Of a stretch of 64,000 nucleotides of DNA, positions 19,131 through 28,820 are shown piece by piece. The stretch's first letter is position 1. Each line of letters starts with the position of its first letter. The position numbers and the translations under genes are program-made. A model generated the notes under the pieces. That model was not told where the DNA came from, did not search any database, and saw only the letters and a program-made list of their open reading frames with translations. Source of the DNA: an uncultured Nitrososphaerota archaeon (lineage in GTDB: Archaea; Thermoproteota; Nitrososphaeria; Conexivisphaerales; DTJL01); the NCBI GenBank assembly GCA_963772005.1, contig CAVYVS010000020.1, forward strand, positions 25,312-89,311, read 5' to 3'.

Positions 19131-19814
19131 CTACCTCAGCAACTCGGCGAGCTTCTTCACCGCATCGGACGCATGAGATCTCAAGGGTTCGCTGTGTCCG
19201 CTGAGCATGACATCGAAGTCGATGGAGGAGAGCCTGTGAATGGACTGCACAGCCTTCCCCATGTCCAAAGTCAGCCCTGGCTCGGGGCCCGTCACTTGGC
19301 CGTCCTTGAACCTCATCGTGTCGCCGACGAAGAGCACCCTGCGCTTTTCATCCAGGAGGGCAATGCTGCCGGGCGAATGTCCCGGTGCGTGGAGCACCCG
19401 GAGTCCTGCTATCATGTCGTCGTCATGCAATATTACGTCGGGCGAAACGTGTTTGAGCCTGATGAAGATAGAGAGAAAGCCCAGCAGGAGCCTCTCCGCG
19501 GACTTGGGATAGGGCTTCGTGCCCGCGACGTAGCCCGCATCATCTTCGTGCACCGCCACCTTTGCGTTCGTCAGACGCTTCAGCTCGCAGGCGCTTCCAG
19601 CGTGGTCCATGTGGTAGTGGGTGATGATGATCGTCGACACGTCCGTCGGTTTGAAGCCCAACTTCTCGATGTATTCGCATATCTTCTTCGCATTGCCTGG
19701 GGTCCCGGTGTCGACGACTGTGAGGTCCCTCCCGTTCGTCTCCAGGTACACGTTGGCGTTGGCCCAGTTCTGGCTCGCCCCGTCCACACGGTGCACTCCT
19801 TCACAGATCTCCAT
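19131..19814 (-). CDS. MBL-fold metallo-hydrolase
   Basis: HYHMDHAG (HxHxDH) and GHSPGS. Confidence 0.85.
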   Translation of the reverse strand: MEICEGVHRVDGASQNWANANVYLETNGRDLTVVDTGTPGNAKKICEYIEKLGFKPTDVSTIIITHYHMDHAGSACELKRLTNAKVAVHEDDAGYVAGTKPYPKSAERLLLGFLSIFIRLKHVSPDVILHDDDMIAGLRVLHAPGHSPGSIALLDEKRRVLFVGDTMRFKDGQVTGPEPGLTLDMGKAVQSIHRLSSIDFDVMLSGHSEPLRSHASDAVKKLAELLR

Positions 19815-20095
19815 CGGATTCCTCTCGGGCTTTGCCTACCTGCAGAGGGCTTCACTATTAAGCGAATCCGGTCGGGCCCCTCCTACCGTCGCGGGCAGTC
19901 CCTTCTTGTCGTGCGCAGTCCGTTGGCTTCCTTGGAGGGGCTGGGCAAGTCGTCCCGGAGCTCGGAGAGGGAGGTGGACATTCATCCCGCTTCTCGTGGA
20001 AGCGGCAGGTGCGGCTCAAGTGGTGGGGACTTGTTGCGGGGGTAGCGTCCTTCCGCGACGTCTTGTAGGCACTCAGACGCATTGTCCGGAGGATT

Positions 20096-20116
20096 GCCAA
20101 TATGTACTATATTGGC
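20096..20116. promoter_or_regulatory. 8-bp inverted repeat with 5-nt spacer over a TATA-like core, candidate operator/promoter
   Basis: gccaatat-gtact-atattggc, about 40 nt upstream of TTG 20153. Confidence 0.3.
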
Positions 20117-20152
20117 ACTGCTTAAGCCACTACTCTGCACAACCGGGGGACG

Positions 20153-20618
20153 TTGACTGTGTTGCTCGGGGACGCAGACCAGGCAGAACTCATGGTGGAG
20201 AATATGGTCACAGGTAGCACGATGGCCCCGCTCCCGGAGGGGCTCTCGAAGTATCTCTTCCCTGCGACGAACGCGGAGCATGGCGCGCGCTACCATCGGG
20301 AGCCACCCGGCGAACCAAGCGCTGCGATTCGACCTCCATCACGGCATCAACGGGCCCTGGAGCCAAACCGCAACCACCAGGTGATTCGTCAGTGAGGAGA
20401 GCGCTGTGAGCAAAACCCCCGTCCAGGTCCTCAACCGCAGGATCAGGCATCACAAGATGGAGCGTAGCCGACACTTCGTGACCCTCACCAAATCGAGCGC
20501 AAATCCCCAAGAGTGGGACAGGGCGGAACGGGGGGTCGAAATACAAGGGGCCATCATCCAGGAGTTGAAGCTCGTCAGAGAGAGGATCAAGCGGGAGGGG
20601 TACGGAAGACGATCATGA
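20153..20618 (+). pseudogene. disrupted hypothetical ORF (one frame switch near 20298 plus an in-frame TGA at 20382-20384)
   Basis: Third-position G/C bias follows ORF 20153.. to about 20300, then frame 0 (SHPANQALRFDLHHGINGPWSQTATTR-stop-FVSEESAVSKTPVQVL...IKREGYGRRS). No family recognised. Confidence 0.25.
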
Positions 20619-20873
20619 CGACGATCTCCTCCTCGTCTCCTCGGGGGGACCATGTCCGGCCGCATGGGACATGATAAGACCTCAGGGGAGTGTTCGAAGC
20701 CTGGTGGAGGCCATGTGCCGACAAACCCCAGCCCAGGGCCAGGGAGGGCGTCGACGAAGAGAGGCCCCGTCATCCCTGACGACCGCGCCAACGGTTGAAA
20801 TATGGCCTTCGTATGATGTATTCGGCGGTCGTCCGCGAAGAGTGAGAAGCTAGCCGTTGTCATCATTGCGGCG

Positions 20874-21578
20874 GTGCTGATCGTCGCCATCGCTGCCGCC
20901 GCCATCTTCTCCCCGACGGCCAGTGTCACCACTCTCCCTCCCGCCCGTCACCAGGTCTCCATAATCATACCACTCTATTCCGATCCGGGCACGAACTGGG
21001 GCGAGGTCATGGAGGCCAAGTCCCTCCATCCTGACGTGCCCATGGTGGCCATCGTCAACATGCTCAACGGCCCCGGGACCGCTGTGAATCAGACATTCGC
21101 GTCCTCCGTCCTGGACCTCGAGCAGGCCAACGTGTCCGTGATAGGCTACGTCGCGACGGGGTACGGCTCGAAGCCTTTCCCGGCCGTCGAAGGGGAGATC
21201 AAGGAGTGGCGACAGTTCTACAACGTCCAGGGGATACTGCTTGACGAGATGAGTTCCGCTCCTTCCGACGCCGTTTACTACATCGAGCTCGACGGATATG
21301 CGGGGTCATTGGGCATGCCCCTGGTGATAGGAAACCCGGGGACCTCTTCCCCCAGCGACCACCTGAACGGGACCATAGCGTACGAGAACCCCGGGCTTCC
21401 GCCATGGCCGGTGGGCTCCTTCGTGGCCTATTCGGTCCCCTCATTTGACGTCTCGACTTTCAAGGGCCTTGCCGCACGGGCTTCGTACGTCTACGTGACC
21501 GACCAGGGCCTTCCAAATCCGTACGCCCTCCTTCCCTCGTACTTCCTGGAGGAGGTGGCCGCCGCCGAGGACACATGA
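20874..21578 (+). CDS. spherulation-specific family 4 (spherulin-4-like) protein
   Basis: IIIPLYSDPGTNWGEV...VAIVNMLNGPG is the typical PxYxxP / NPxNGPG pattern. The hydrophobic N-terminus extends upstream of the GTG. Confidence 0.7.
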   Translation: MLIVAIAAAAIFSPTASVTTLPPARHQVSIIIPLYSDPGTNWGEVMEAKSLHPDVPMVAIVNMLNGPGTAVNQTFASSVLDLEQANVSVIGYVATGYGSKPFPAVEGEIKEWRQFYNVQGILLDEMSSAPSDAVYYIELDGYAGSLGMPLVIGNPGTSSPSDHLNGTIAYENPGLPPWPVGSFVAYSVPSFDVSTFKGLAARASYVYVTDQGLPNPYALLPSYFLEEVAAAEDT

Positions 21579-21684
21579 GCGCCTAGCCGGCAATTGTCTT
21601 TGACTTGTTCGACCAGAGGGGTGCTATGCCGGGCAAAACGTTATAGCAGTTTAACCTTTTTAGCGTTTAGGCCTCAGACCCGAC

Positions 21685-21999
21685 TTGTCAGACCGTCGTG
21701 TTGAACAGTTCGACGTCCGAATCGCAAGGGCCGTGGACAAGGTCCTCCTCCAGATGGGGGGCGGCGTGCCCTCCTTGATCTGGGAGCATCTGCAGATCAC
21801 CCACGGCATGAGCCGCTATGACGTGGTCTCGAGGCCTGACGAGTTCCTGCGGGGGATAGAGGAGATCTTCGGAGCTTCGACTAGGAGCCGGATGGAGGCG
21901 AGCATGGTCGGCATGATCAGCGATGCCTTCGGACTCGAGAGCAACGGCTACACCTTGGCCACGGCGATCTCAACCGCAAGAAAGGCTCGTTTCAAGTGA
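21685..21999 (+). CDS. small hypothetical protein, paralog of 42214..42498
   Basis: 104 aa. It shares a pattern with the 42.2-kb ORF (V..V...L..MG..V...I.E.L.....M...D...RP..F...L..IFG). Confidence 0.5.
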   Translation: MSDRRVEQFDVRIARAVDKVLLQMGGGVPSLIWEHLQITHGMSRYDVVSRPDEFLRGIEEIFGASTRSRMEASMVGMISDAFGLESNGYTLATAISTARKARFK

Positions 22000-22046
22000 C
22001 CCCCATGGTCGCCAGGAATTCCCTCATGGGGTGCGACGGAGCGTCG

Positions 22047-22562
22047 CTACTGGCGCATCCCGTCCTGGAACCACTTCACGAGGGAGACCTCGTTGGTGTT
22101 GCCCTTCTTCTCGACGTGGACGATCCCCCGCTCGGAGAGGGCGGCCACGACCCTGTGGGTCTTCAACCTGGAAAGGCCGGCCTCCTTCGTGACGTACTTC
22201 TGCAGGTAGGTGCCTCCATGGGCGTACAGGACGTTGACCACCCTCCTCTCTTCGGGCTTCAGGGTCCGCAGCACCAATGATGTCGTCTCCTTCCCGTTGC
22301 CCGACACGTAGTTCTTCATCTCGGGGACGACCAGGAAGTAGATGACCCCCACGACGGAGGCAAGCACCGTGCAGAGGAAGAGGAGGGAGGAAAGCGGTAT
22401 GAGGAAGGAAAGGTCGCCGGAGAAGCCGCTCGTCAACAGCTTCGACAGGACGCTCAGGGGCGGTTCGGTGGGGGCGAAGATAATGGCAAGGACGAACATG
22501 GAGAGGGCGAGCCCGAAGGTCGCCGCGCTGAGCAGAATCAGAAGAACCTTGAGCTTCTCCAT
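22047..22562 (-). CDS. membrane-associated winged-helix (MarR/TrmB-like) regulator
   Basis: MEKLKV start at 22562, three TM helices, then RRVVNVLYAHGGTYLQKYVTKEAGLSRLKTHRVVAALSERGIV (wHTH). Confidence 0.6.
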   Translation of the reverse strand: MEKLKVLLILLSAATFGLALSMFVLAIIFAPTEPPLSVLSKLLTSGFSGDLSFLIPLSSLLFLCTVLASVVGVIYFLVVPEMKNYVSGNGKETTSLVLRTLKPEERRVVNVLYAHGGTYLQKYVTKEAGLSRLKTHRVVAALSERGIVHVEKKGNTNEVSLVKWFQDGMRQ

Positions 22563-22629
22563 CTCGCTTCCCCCTCCTTCGACCCTCGCAGTACTTAACC
22601 CCATCCAGGCCCGGCGAATGCTGCCTTCC

Positions 22630-23046
22630 CTACGCCGATCCCTGCATCGGGGGCTTCCATGTCAGGGCCATGATGCCGCCGATTATGCCCAGTATGGCCC
22701 CTACGACGAATCCGCCGAGGCCCATGAAGCTCAGCACCGAGAAGACCAGCATGAGAACGCCCCAGGTCCTCCGCCTGGCGGGGTCCGACTGGAGCATCCA
22801 CCCTGAAGCCAGCACTATGATCCCCGAGACCAGCCCGAAGAGCCCGAGAAGCCCGACGACACCCGCCACCAGCCCGGCCATGTTCGCTATGTGGGCCGGC
22901 GTGACCAAGTTCGAGTAGTCGAGGTTGGGCAGGATGAAGACCGAGACGCCCATGAAGAGGACCCCTCCCAGTATTATCAGGATACCCCCCACGAGGGCGA
23001 GTATCGACGCCGTGCTCGGATATGCGTTCGATGTCTGTTCTGTCAT
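22630..23046 (-). CDS. four-TM membrane protein (hypothetical)
   Basis: ATG at 23046. Gly/Leu/Val-rich helices, no soluble domain. Confidence 0.55.
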   Translation of the reverse strand: MTEQTSNAYPSTASILALVGGILIILGGVLFMGVSVFILPNLDYSNLVTPAHIANMAGLVAGVVGLLGLFGLVSGIIVLASGWMLQSDPARRRTWGVLMLVFSVLSFMGLGGFVVGAILGIIGGIMALTWKPPMQGSA

Positions 23047-23207
23047 TTCCAACTAACCACAGAGGCGGTAAGGGTGCAATGGGGTTAAATCGGTTAGTTG
23101 CGACGATCTTGATACAGCCAACCTGGTTGGCTGATACGATCTTGATACCGTCCTCGAGCGAGCCTGCCGTCGTGTTCTCAGGCCTCGCGCTTGGCAGAAT
23201 CGCATAA

Positions 23208-24062
23208 ATGTCCCGGCCGGCGCCACCTGATGTCGCATTGAGCCGGGCCATAGACGTCCACCTCCATCTGTCAGATCTGAGCGGCGACGCGCTGCGCTCA
23301 TTCGCGAAGTCCAACGGCCTCCGCTACGACCTCAAGGAGCTCCTCGGCCTCATGGAGGAGAACTACGTCGAAACCGGGCTTGTGCTGAGCCCTCCCCTCC
23401 GCGACAACTCAATCGTCCCCAACGAACGTGTGGTGGAGATCTGCTCCAGGGGCAGGGGGAGGCTCTTCCCCGTCCTGACCGTGGAGCCCAGCCGCGGGGA
23501 GGTAGCCAAGTGCATCTCCCTCGCCAAGGCTAGGACCAAGGAGGTCAAGGGCTTCAAGGTGCGCCTCGGCTACGTCCCGTTCTACCCCGACGACAAGGTC
23601 TTTTCGCCCCTTTACGATTACGCCGAGTCCGAAGGCCTCCCCGTCATGTTCCACACCGGCGACACCGGCCTCCCCGACGCCAGCCTGAAGCATGCCCACC
23701 CGCTCAACCTCGACGCCCTGGCCAACGTCCGGCCTGCCCTGAAGGTCGTCGTCTGCCACATGGGGAACCCCTGGATCGAGGACGCGGCGGAGCTGGTCTA
23801 CAAGCACAGGAACGTGTACGCCGACGTTTCCGGCCTCTTCGCCGTGGGGGCCAAATACTCCAAGGAGTACATGGAGCATCTGGCCGACAGGGTGAGCAAG
23901 GCCATCTACTTCGCCGGGAACGCAGACAAGTTCCTCTTCGGGACGGACTATCCGGTGGAGACCTACGAATCGGCCCTCTCCTTCGTCGGGAAACTGAAGG
24001 TCCACGAGGACGACCGGGACAGGATCCTCTACTCAAACGCCAAGACGGTGTTCGCCCTCTGA
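23208..24062 (+). CDS. amidohydrolase-2 (TIM-barrel metal-dependent hydrolase) family protein
   Basis: AIDVHLHL, MFHTGD, VVVCHMGNPW, NVYADVSG and LFGTDYP. Confidence 0.8.
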   Translation: MSRPAPPDVALSRAIDVHLHLSDLSGDALRSFAKSNGLRYDLKELLGLMEENYVETGLVLSPPLRDNSIVPNERVVEICSRGRGRLFPVLTVEPSRGEVAKCISLAKARTKEVKGFKVRLGYVPFYPDDKVFSPLYDYAESEGLPVMFHTGDTGLPDASLKHAHPLNLDALANVRPALKVVVCHMGNPWIEDAAELVYKHRNVYADVSGLFAVGAKYSKEYMEHLADRVSKAIYFAGNADKFLFGTDYPVETYESALSFVGKLKVHEDDRDRILYSNAKTVFAL

Positions 24063-24160
24063 ACGGTTCCATCGAGATTCGAGAGATCCCGCCAGAGGAA
24101 AGGGAGAGGCTCGCGCCCGTCCTCCAGAGGAGCTTCGAAGGATGGTACCTATGGCATTCG

Positions 24161-24550
24161 ATGAGGACCCTGAGGAGCGTTAGCCTGGTGAAAGCGGCCA
24201 CGGTGGCCGGGGCGACCGCCGGCATCATCATGATGAAGACGCTGGCAAGCCGAACGGGCTACGTATACTACATCGCAGTGCTCCCTGAGTTCAGGAGGAA
24301 AGGGGTGGCGGGCAGGATGCTGGACGACGCCCTCGCACACTTCACCTCCAAAGGGGAGACCCCGGTCTTCACGACGGTAAGGGAGGACAACATCCCCTCC
24401 TTCGCCCTCTTTCGCTCAAGGGGGTTCGCGGAGATGACCTCCGAGGAGATGTCGAGCGCCTACGGGTGGCTCGGGGCATCTCGGATGAGATACGAGATGC
24501 GGGCGGTGGCAGGCGAGACAGTCCTGCGGTGGGACGTCCCCAAGCGTTGA
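24161..24550 (+). CDS. GNAT N-acetyltransferase; N-terminus probably extends to about 24065 without a canonical start
   Basis: YIAVLPEFRRKGVAGRMLDDAL is the acetyl-CoA motif. The in-frame upstream sequence IEIREIPPEERERLAPVLQRSFEGWYLW looks like the GNAT N-terminus, but no ATG/GTG/TTG is present. Confidence 0.7.
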   Translation: MRTLRSVSLVKAATVAGATAGIIMMKTLASRTGYVYYIAVLPEFRRKGVAGRMLDDALAHFTSKGETPVFTTVREDNIPSFALFRSRGFAEMTSEEMSSAYGWLGASRMRYEMRAVAGETVLRWDVPKR

Positions 24551-24706
24551 ACATGCCGGTCGAGAGGTGCCAGCGGGCCCGGGCACGGCGCGCACGGCCG
24601 GACGGCCAGTCGTCGACCATATGCGCAAGCCGCCCGATACGCGCCGGCAAGGAACGCATATTTTGCAATCCCGGAGGGCCTGTGCAGCAAGGAAACGCCG
24701 TCCGGC

Positions 24707-26311
24707 GTGCTATTCGGCCATAATAGGAATCGTTATACCAACCGGAGCTCTTTCTTGCGGGTATGTATGTTACCCTCGGCGGCCCAACCCACTCCGCGCC
24801 GCCGTCGGGGGATCCTGAAGTCGTCGAAGACGTTCCAAGCGAAGCGATGGCTGGACGCACAGGTGACCTCGAAGGTACGCGGAAGGGACATCCGCGGAAG
24901 GTTCGTCGTCTCGTCAGCCCTCCTCATCCTGCTGATGGTCGCCCCGACCTTCGGCCTGACGTCTCCGGCCCACGCCGACGCCGGCGCGTATTTCGCCAGC
25001 ACCCCCGGCCGCCTGGTCCTCAACTACACCGACGCGGAGAGCGGCTACTCGGCCTTCGCCTCCGTCGTCAGGCTGAACTCCTCCACGCTCTTCGTGTACT
25101 ACACCTACCGCACTTCCTCGGACTGGACCAGCGACTCCATCGCCCTGGCCATTTCGAACGATAACGGCGCGTCATTCCAGAAGCAGCCCATCAGGCCTCT
25201 CGTGGCGAAGGACCAGCTTTGGAAGAGCGCCGCAACCTGGTGCCCCGACGTCTGGCTGGAGAACGGTACCTTCTACATGCTCTACGTGGGGAGCACCGGG
25301 CTCGTGACGGCCACCGGCCTCGCCACGTCTGCAGACGACGGCGTCCACTTCACCGATTCCCCATTCAACCCCGTCCTCCAGGGGACGAATGGCACCTGGG
25401 ACGCGAACGGGCTGGAGGCGTGGGGAGTGATGAAGTTTGCCAACGGCACCTACGTTGCCTACTACAACAACTTCCTTAACCCGCCGCGCAAGGTCGGCAT
25501 CGCCTACTCCGACGACCTGATCCACTGGACGAAGGACCCGAACGACCCGATATTCTCAAACCCGTCAGGGGTGTACTGCGGCTGCCCTTTCGTGAACAGG
25601 GGGAGGTACTACCTCCTCCTTCCGACTAACGGACCTGATGACGTCCGCATCGAGCTCTACGGATCCGGCCAGCCGGACTTCCCTCAGGCCAACAGGACCG
25701 ACCTTGGAACCATGGTGGTCACCAACTCCTCCTGGATAGGGTTCGACACTCCCTTCGTCCAGCCGGCCGACGTCCACAGGATCGTGGCAGACAGCTTCGA
25801 CGTCTACTACACCGGCATCCCCTACGGGACTCCCATCCGTGAGGACCTGACCTACTCGCTCGCCATGACCTTCAGCCTCGCGATGGGTTCGCCCACGGTC
25901 CCACTCACCATCATGGTGACGGACTCGGCCGACGGGTCCCATGTCAAGGCGGCCTCCGTGGTGGTGAGGGCGAACGGGACGCTGGGGACCGGGGCCACCG
26001 ATGATGACGGCCTGGTGACGATCCAAGTCGCCCCCTTAACCCCCTGCTCCATAACGGTGTACAAGTCAGGCTATGAAAGCACGAAGCGGCAGATCATGGT
26101 GGGCGAGGCCGGAGCCATCGTCTCGCTTTCGATGCTCAGGTGCCACCACCTGGCGCGGCCGAAGCCCCTCCCCGGCTCCCATCCAGGAGCCCTCGGGGCC
26201 TCTTCCCTCTTTCGACTGTCGGTGCGGGCCCCCTTCGCCAGGGCCTATGCCGGCGGCATCCCCGGCGCCACGCCTTCGGCCAGCGTCAGCCTTCCTGCGA
26301 ACGCCCCTTGA
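24707..26311 (+). CDS. exported five-bladed beta-propeller glycoside-hydrolase-like protein (GH43/32/130 superfamily) with PEGA/CarboxypepD_reg-like C-terminal domain
   Basis: Signal-like FVVSSALLILLMVAPTFGLTSPAHA, then WCPDVWLENGTFYMLYVGS, IGIAYSDDLIHWTKDPNDPIF and VVVRANGTLGTGATDDDGLVTIQV..VYKSGYES. The start and the extreme C-terminus are uncertain. Confidence 0.6.
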   Translation: MLFGHNRNRYTNRSSFLRVCMLPSAAQPTPRRRRGILKSSKTFQAKRWLDAQVTSKVRGRDIRGRFVVSSALLILLMVAPTFGLTSPAHADAGAYFASTPGRLVLNYTDAESGYSAFASVVRLNSSTLFVYYTYRTSSDWTSDSIALAISNDNGASFQKQPIRPLVAKDQLWKSAATWCPDVWLENGTFYMLYVGSTGLVTATGLATSADDGVHFTDSPFNPVLQGTNGTWDANGLEAWGVMKFANGTYVAYYNNFLNPPRKVGIAYSDDLIHWTKDPNDPIFSNPSGVYCGCPFVNRGRYYLLLPTNGPDDVRIELYGSGQPDFPQANRTDLGTMVVTNSSWIGFDTPFVQPADVHRIVADSFDVYYTGIPYGTPIREDLTYSLAMTFSLAMGSPTVPLTIMVTDSADGSHVKAASVVVRANGTLGTGATDDDGLVTIQVAPLTPCSITVYKSGYESTKRQIMVGEAGAIVSLSMLRCHHLARPKPLPGSHPGALGASSLFRLSVRAPFARAYAGGIPGATPSASVSLPANAP

Positions 26312-26355
26312 TCCTGCACGGGCGCCCGACCGCGGAATCCCACCGCCTGGGCATC

Positions 26356-27105
26356 CTAGGGCGGGTTCATCCTGGTGAACGCTGCGTCGAGGTCGCCTTT
26401 GTACGCTGCCAGCCAGCCCTTCGTCGGTCCGACTGATATCTCTGGCTCGTCGCGCCCCATTCCGTTGACGACCGCGTCGGCCACTTCGGCGGACGAGACC
26501 GTCCAGTCGCTCCTGGGGAGTGGCTTCCCCTTGAGCTCCGTGTCGTAGACGGTCGGAGGGATCACTTCGAAGACGCGAACGGGCGTCTCCCTAAGCTGAT
26601 ACCTAAGGGAGACGGTGAAGGAATGAATCGCGGCCTTCGTGGCGCAGTAGACCGGAAACCTGGCCAAGGGGACGAAGCCCAGGCCGGACGACACGTTGAC
26701 GATGGCCGACTCGCCCTGCCTCTGCGAAAAGAGGGGCACGAAGGAGGCGGCCAGGTATATCTGCGCCCTCAGGTTGATTGAGATTTCGTCGTCGTTCGCC
26801 TTGATGTCCTCGGCCCCCTTCTTCAGGTCAAGCGCTCTCTGGATGCCAGCGTTGTTGACTAGCACGTTGATCGAAGGATGGCTGGAGGCCAACCAGCTCA
26901 CCAGCGCCTCGGCCTCGTCTCACCGCGAGATGTCACATCTCCTGACCGCAACACCTGGAAGCTTCTCCTTTGCCTCGCGGAGCTTCTCCCCTCTCCTTCC
27001 ACAGATGATGACGTCGTTCCCCAGACCCGAGAACTTGGACGCCAGTGCAAAGCCGATTCCCGTAGCTCCACCCGTTACAAGGACGGTGTTCCCTGAGGTC
27101 TTCAT
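26356..27105 (-). pseudogene. short-chain dehydrogenase/reductase (SDR), one frame break near 26910
   Basis: MKTSGNTVLVTGGATGIGFA (track ORF 26920..27150), then NVLVNNAG and YCATKAA (ORF 26356..26901). Confidence 0.8.
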
Positions 27106-27186
27106 GACGTCGCCGTGTTCAGGACCTGGCGTATTAAGCATGACGACCAAGACGGATTCGCCGCAGAAGAGAGAGAGCTTCGCCCG

Positions 27187-27911
27187 TCAAGGTGCCCCGT
27201 ACTGATTGTGGTACGTCATGGCCTTCGCGTCCCGCCTGACCCTCCTGTGCCTTGGGGGCGGCCCCAGCGGATAGCCCAGGCGGACGGCATAGGCGATCCT
27301 CATTTCGTGTGGGATCCTGAGGGCCTTCTTGACGTCCTCTTCGGGCTCCCTGCCGAACACGCTGAGTATGTGCAGGCCGACCCCCAGCGAGTAGGCCATC
27401 AGCCACACGTTCTCCATGACGCAGCCGAGGCCCATGAAGCCAGAGAGTCGCCTTCTGAAGAGGGGGCCCTCTTCCTCGGGTCGTAGGTCACCACCATCAG
27501 GGTGGGGCACCCGTTGATCATCTGGCCGACGGGCGCGCCGGGGCCTTCCCGTGCCACCTCCTCGAACTTTGAGGGGTCCCTCCAGGCAGGAGGGAACTGA
27601 GCAGCAAGCACCCCGACCCTCTTCCTGTGCAATTCCTCTTCGGAGAACGATAGCTGCTGGTAGTTCTCCCGGAGGAACTCCAGCGAAGTTTGCGCCCTGA
27701 TCCTGCCCAGCCGCTCCAGGGTCTTCGCGTCATCGATCACTACGATTTCGAAGTTCTGCATGTTGTGCGGCGTTGGAGCCCACCTGGCCGCTTCTATGAT
27801 CCTGCTCAGCTCCGCCTTCCCCACTTTGCGGTGCGGGTCGAATGGGACCCTCGCGGACCTCCTCTCACGCATGAGCTCAAGGATCCCGTCCGCCGCGGGA
27901 AGGACCTTCAC
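27187..27911 (-). pseudogene. nitroreductase-family protein, one frame break near 27480-27500
   Basis: RERRSARVPFD and APTPHNMQNFE (ORF 27399..27911) continue as GFMGLGCVMENVWLMAYSLG..RLGYP (ORF 27187..27510). Confidence 0.75.
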
Positions 27912-28088
27912 GCTTCGGTTTCATAGGCTTGGGGGCCAAGACGGTCGACCGGAGACTTGCGGCCCTCAGCGCCGTATAACTCTTCGGGACGGGCAGCTCG
28001 GCCAGTCGGGGCCCAGGCCCGACGGGCCTAGGACCGCGGCGATCCAGGCCGCCAGCCTAAACTCTTAATAGAACGGAACCCAATCGGA

Positions 28089-28472
28089 GTGCAAGTCCTG
28101 AAGGGTTTGGCAGGCTCGCTCAATTCGCTGCGGGACCATTCCATCCTCGGCTCCGAGGCCGAGCCGTCCCATGAGAAGCCGGCCTGTCAGCACAAGAGTG
28201 TACGCGGCGAAAAGTCTGTCGAGGGGAACTTCCAGATACTGCGCACCTTCTGCGCCGACTGCGGCGACCTGCTAGACGAGGAGCGGGTCCTTGGAGACGC
28301 GGAACTGAACCGCTGCCCCGTCGACCCGAGGCTCGACAGGTGCTTCACGGTCTGCCCGGTCGAAGAGGGTTCACCTGAGGTCTTCGAGCACCCCTGCCTT
28401 CCAGTCACCAAGGCCCTCGAGGATGCAGGCATCAAACCACGCGCCATCCCCCTGGACCATCCCGCTCCATGA
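28089..28472 (+). CDS. Cys-rich hypothetical protein
   Basis: 127-aa ORF with strong third-position G/C bias (FCADCGDLL...RCPVDP..RCFTVCP..HPC). The competing antisense frames carry stops or are Arg/Ser-rich. Confidence 0.4.
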   Translation: MQVLKGLAGSLNSLRDHSILGSEAEPSHEKPACQHKSVRGEKSVEGNFQILRTFCADCGDLLDEERVLGDAELNRCPVDPRLDRCFTVCPVEEGSPEVFEHPCLPVTKALEDAGIKPRAIPLDHPAP

Positions 28473-28646
28473 GCTTGCGCCCGTGTCCCTGCCGCCTCGG
28501 CCAATCCCCCGTGCCGATTCGCGGACAGGCTTGTTGCCCAAATCGAGCGCCGCGATACCGGGTGAAGATTACATGACACCTAGAGCAAAATCGCATGCGG
28601 CGACGCCTAAAGTAAGGTTCGCGATAAGGACCCAACCGATCGGCGA

Positions 28647-28820
28647 TTGGTTCGAGGATTCTGCTCCAAGTGCGGGAAGCAGCTGGGCGGCTTCGCCAAA
28701 CCCGAAGCTTGGCAGTGCCCGAGGTGCCAAAGGCTCTACTGCGCCGCGTGCGGCCCCAAGGTCGGCGTAGTGTTCAAGAAGCCCGCATGCCCCGACTGCG
28801 GCATAGAGATGCACAAGTAG
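28647..28820 (+). CDS. 57-aa double zinc-ribbon protein, separated from the next ORF only by an in-frame TAG
   Basis: TTG start, with CSKCG..CPRCQ..CAACG..CPDCG. TAG at 28818-28820. Strong third-position G/C bias. Confidence 0.45.
   Translation: MVRGFCSKCGKQLGGFAKPEAWQCPRCQRLYCAACGPKVGVVFKKPACPDCGIEMHK

Noticed and set aside
19861-20060. Possible SRP/7S-like RNA on the minus strand, suggested by a ggaagcc..aacgg motif.
   Set aside because: I could not build the long helix 5/8 pairing or the Alu-domain features by eye. The similarity is limited to a few bases. It would need Infernal to be revisited.
20382-20384. Selenocysteine at the in-frame TGA of the disrupted ORF 20153-20618.
   Set aside because: The ORF has no recognisable family and also needs a frameshift. 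No SECIS-like element was identified, and nothing else in the window suggests Sec usage.
28818-28820. Pyrrolysine decoding of the in-frame TAG between the zinc-ribbon and PH-domain ORFs.
   Set aside because: TAG is used as an ordinary terminator by many confident genes in this window (for example stops at 907, 15249, 29294, 35421, 42498 and 45095). No pyl genes are visible.
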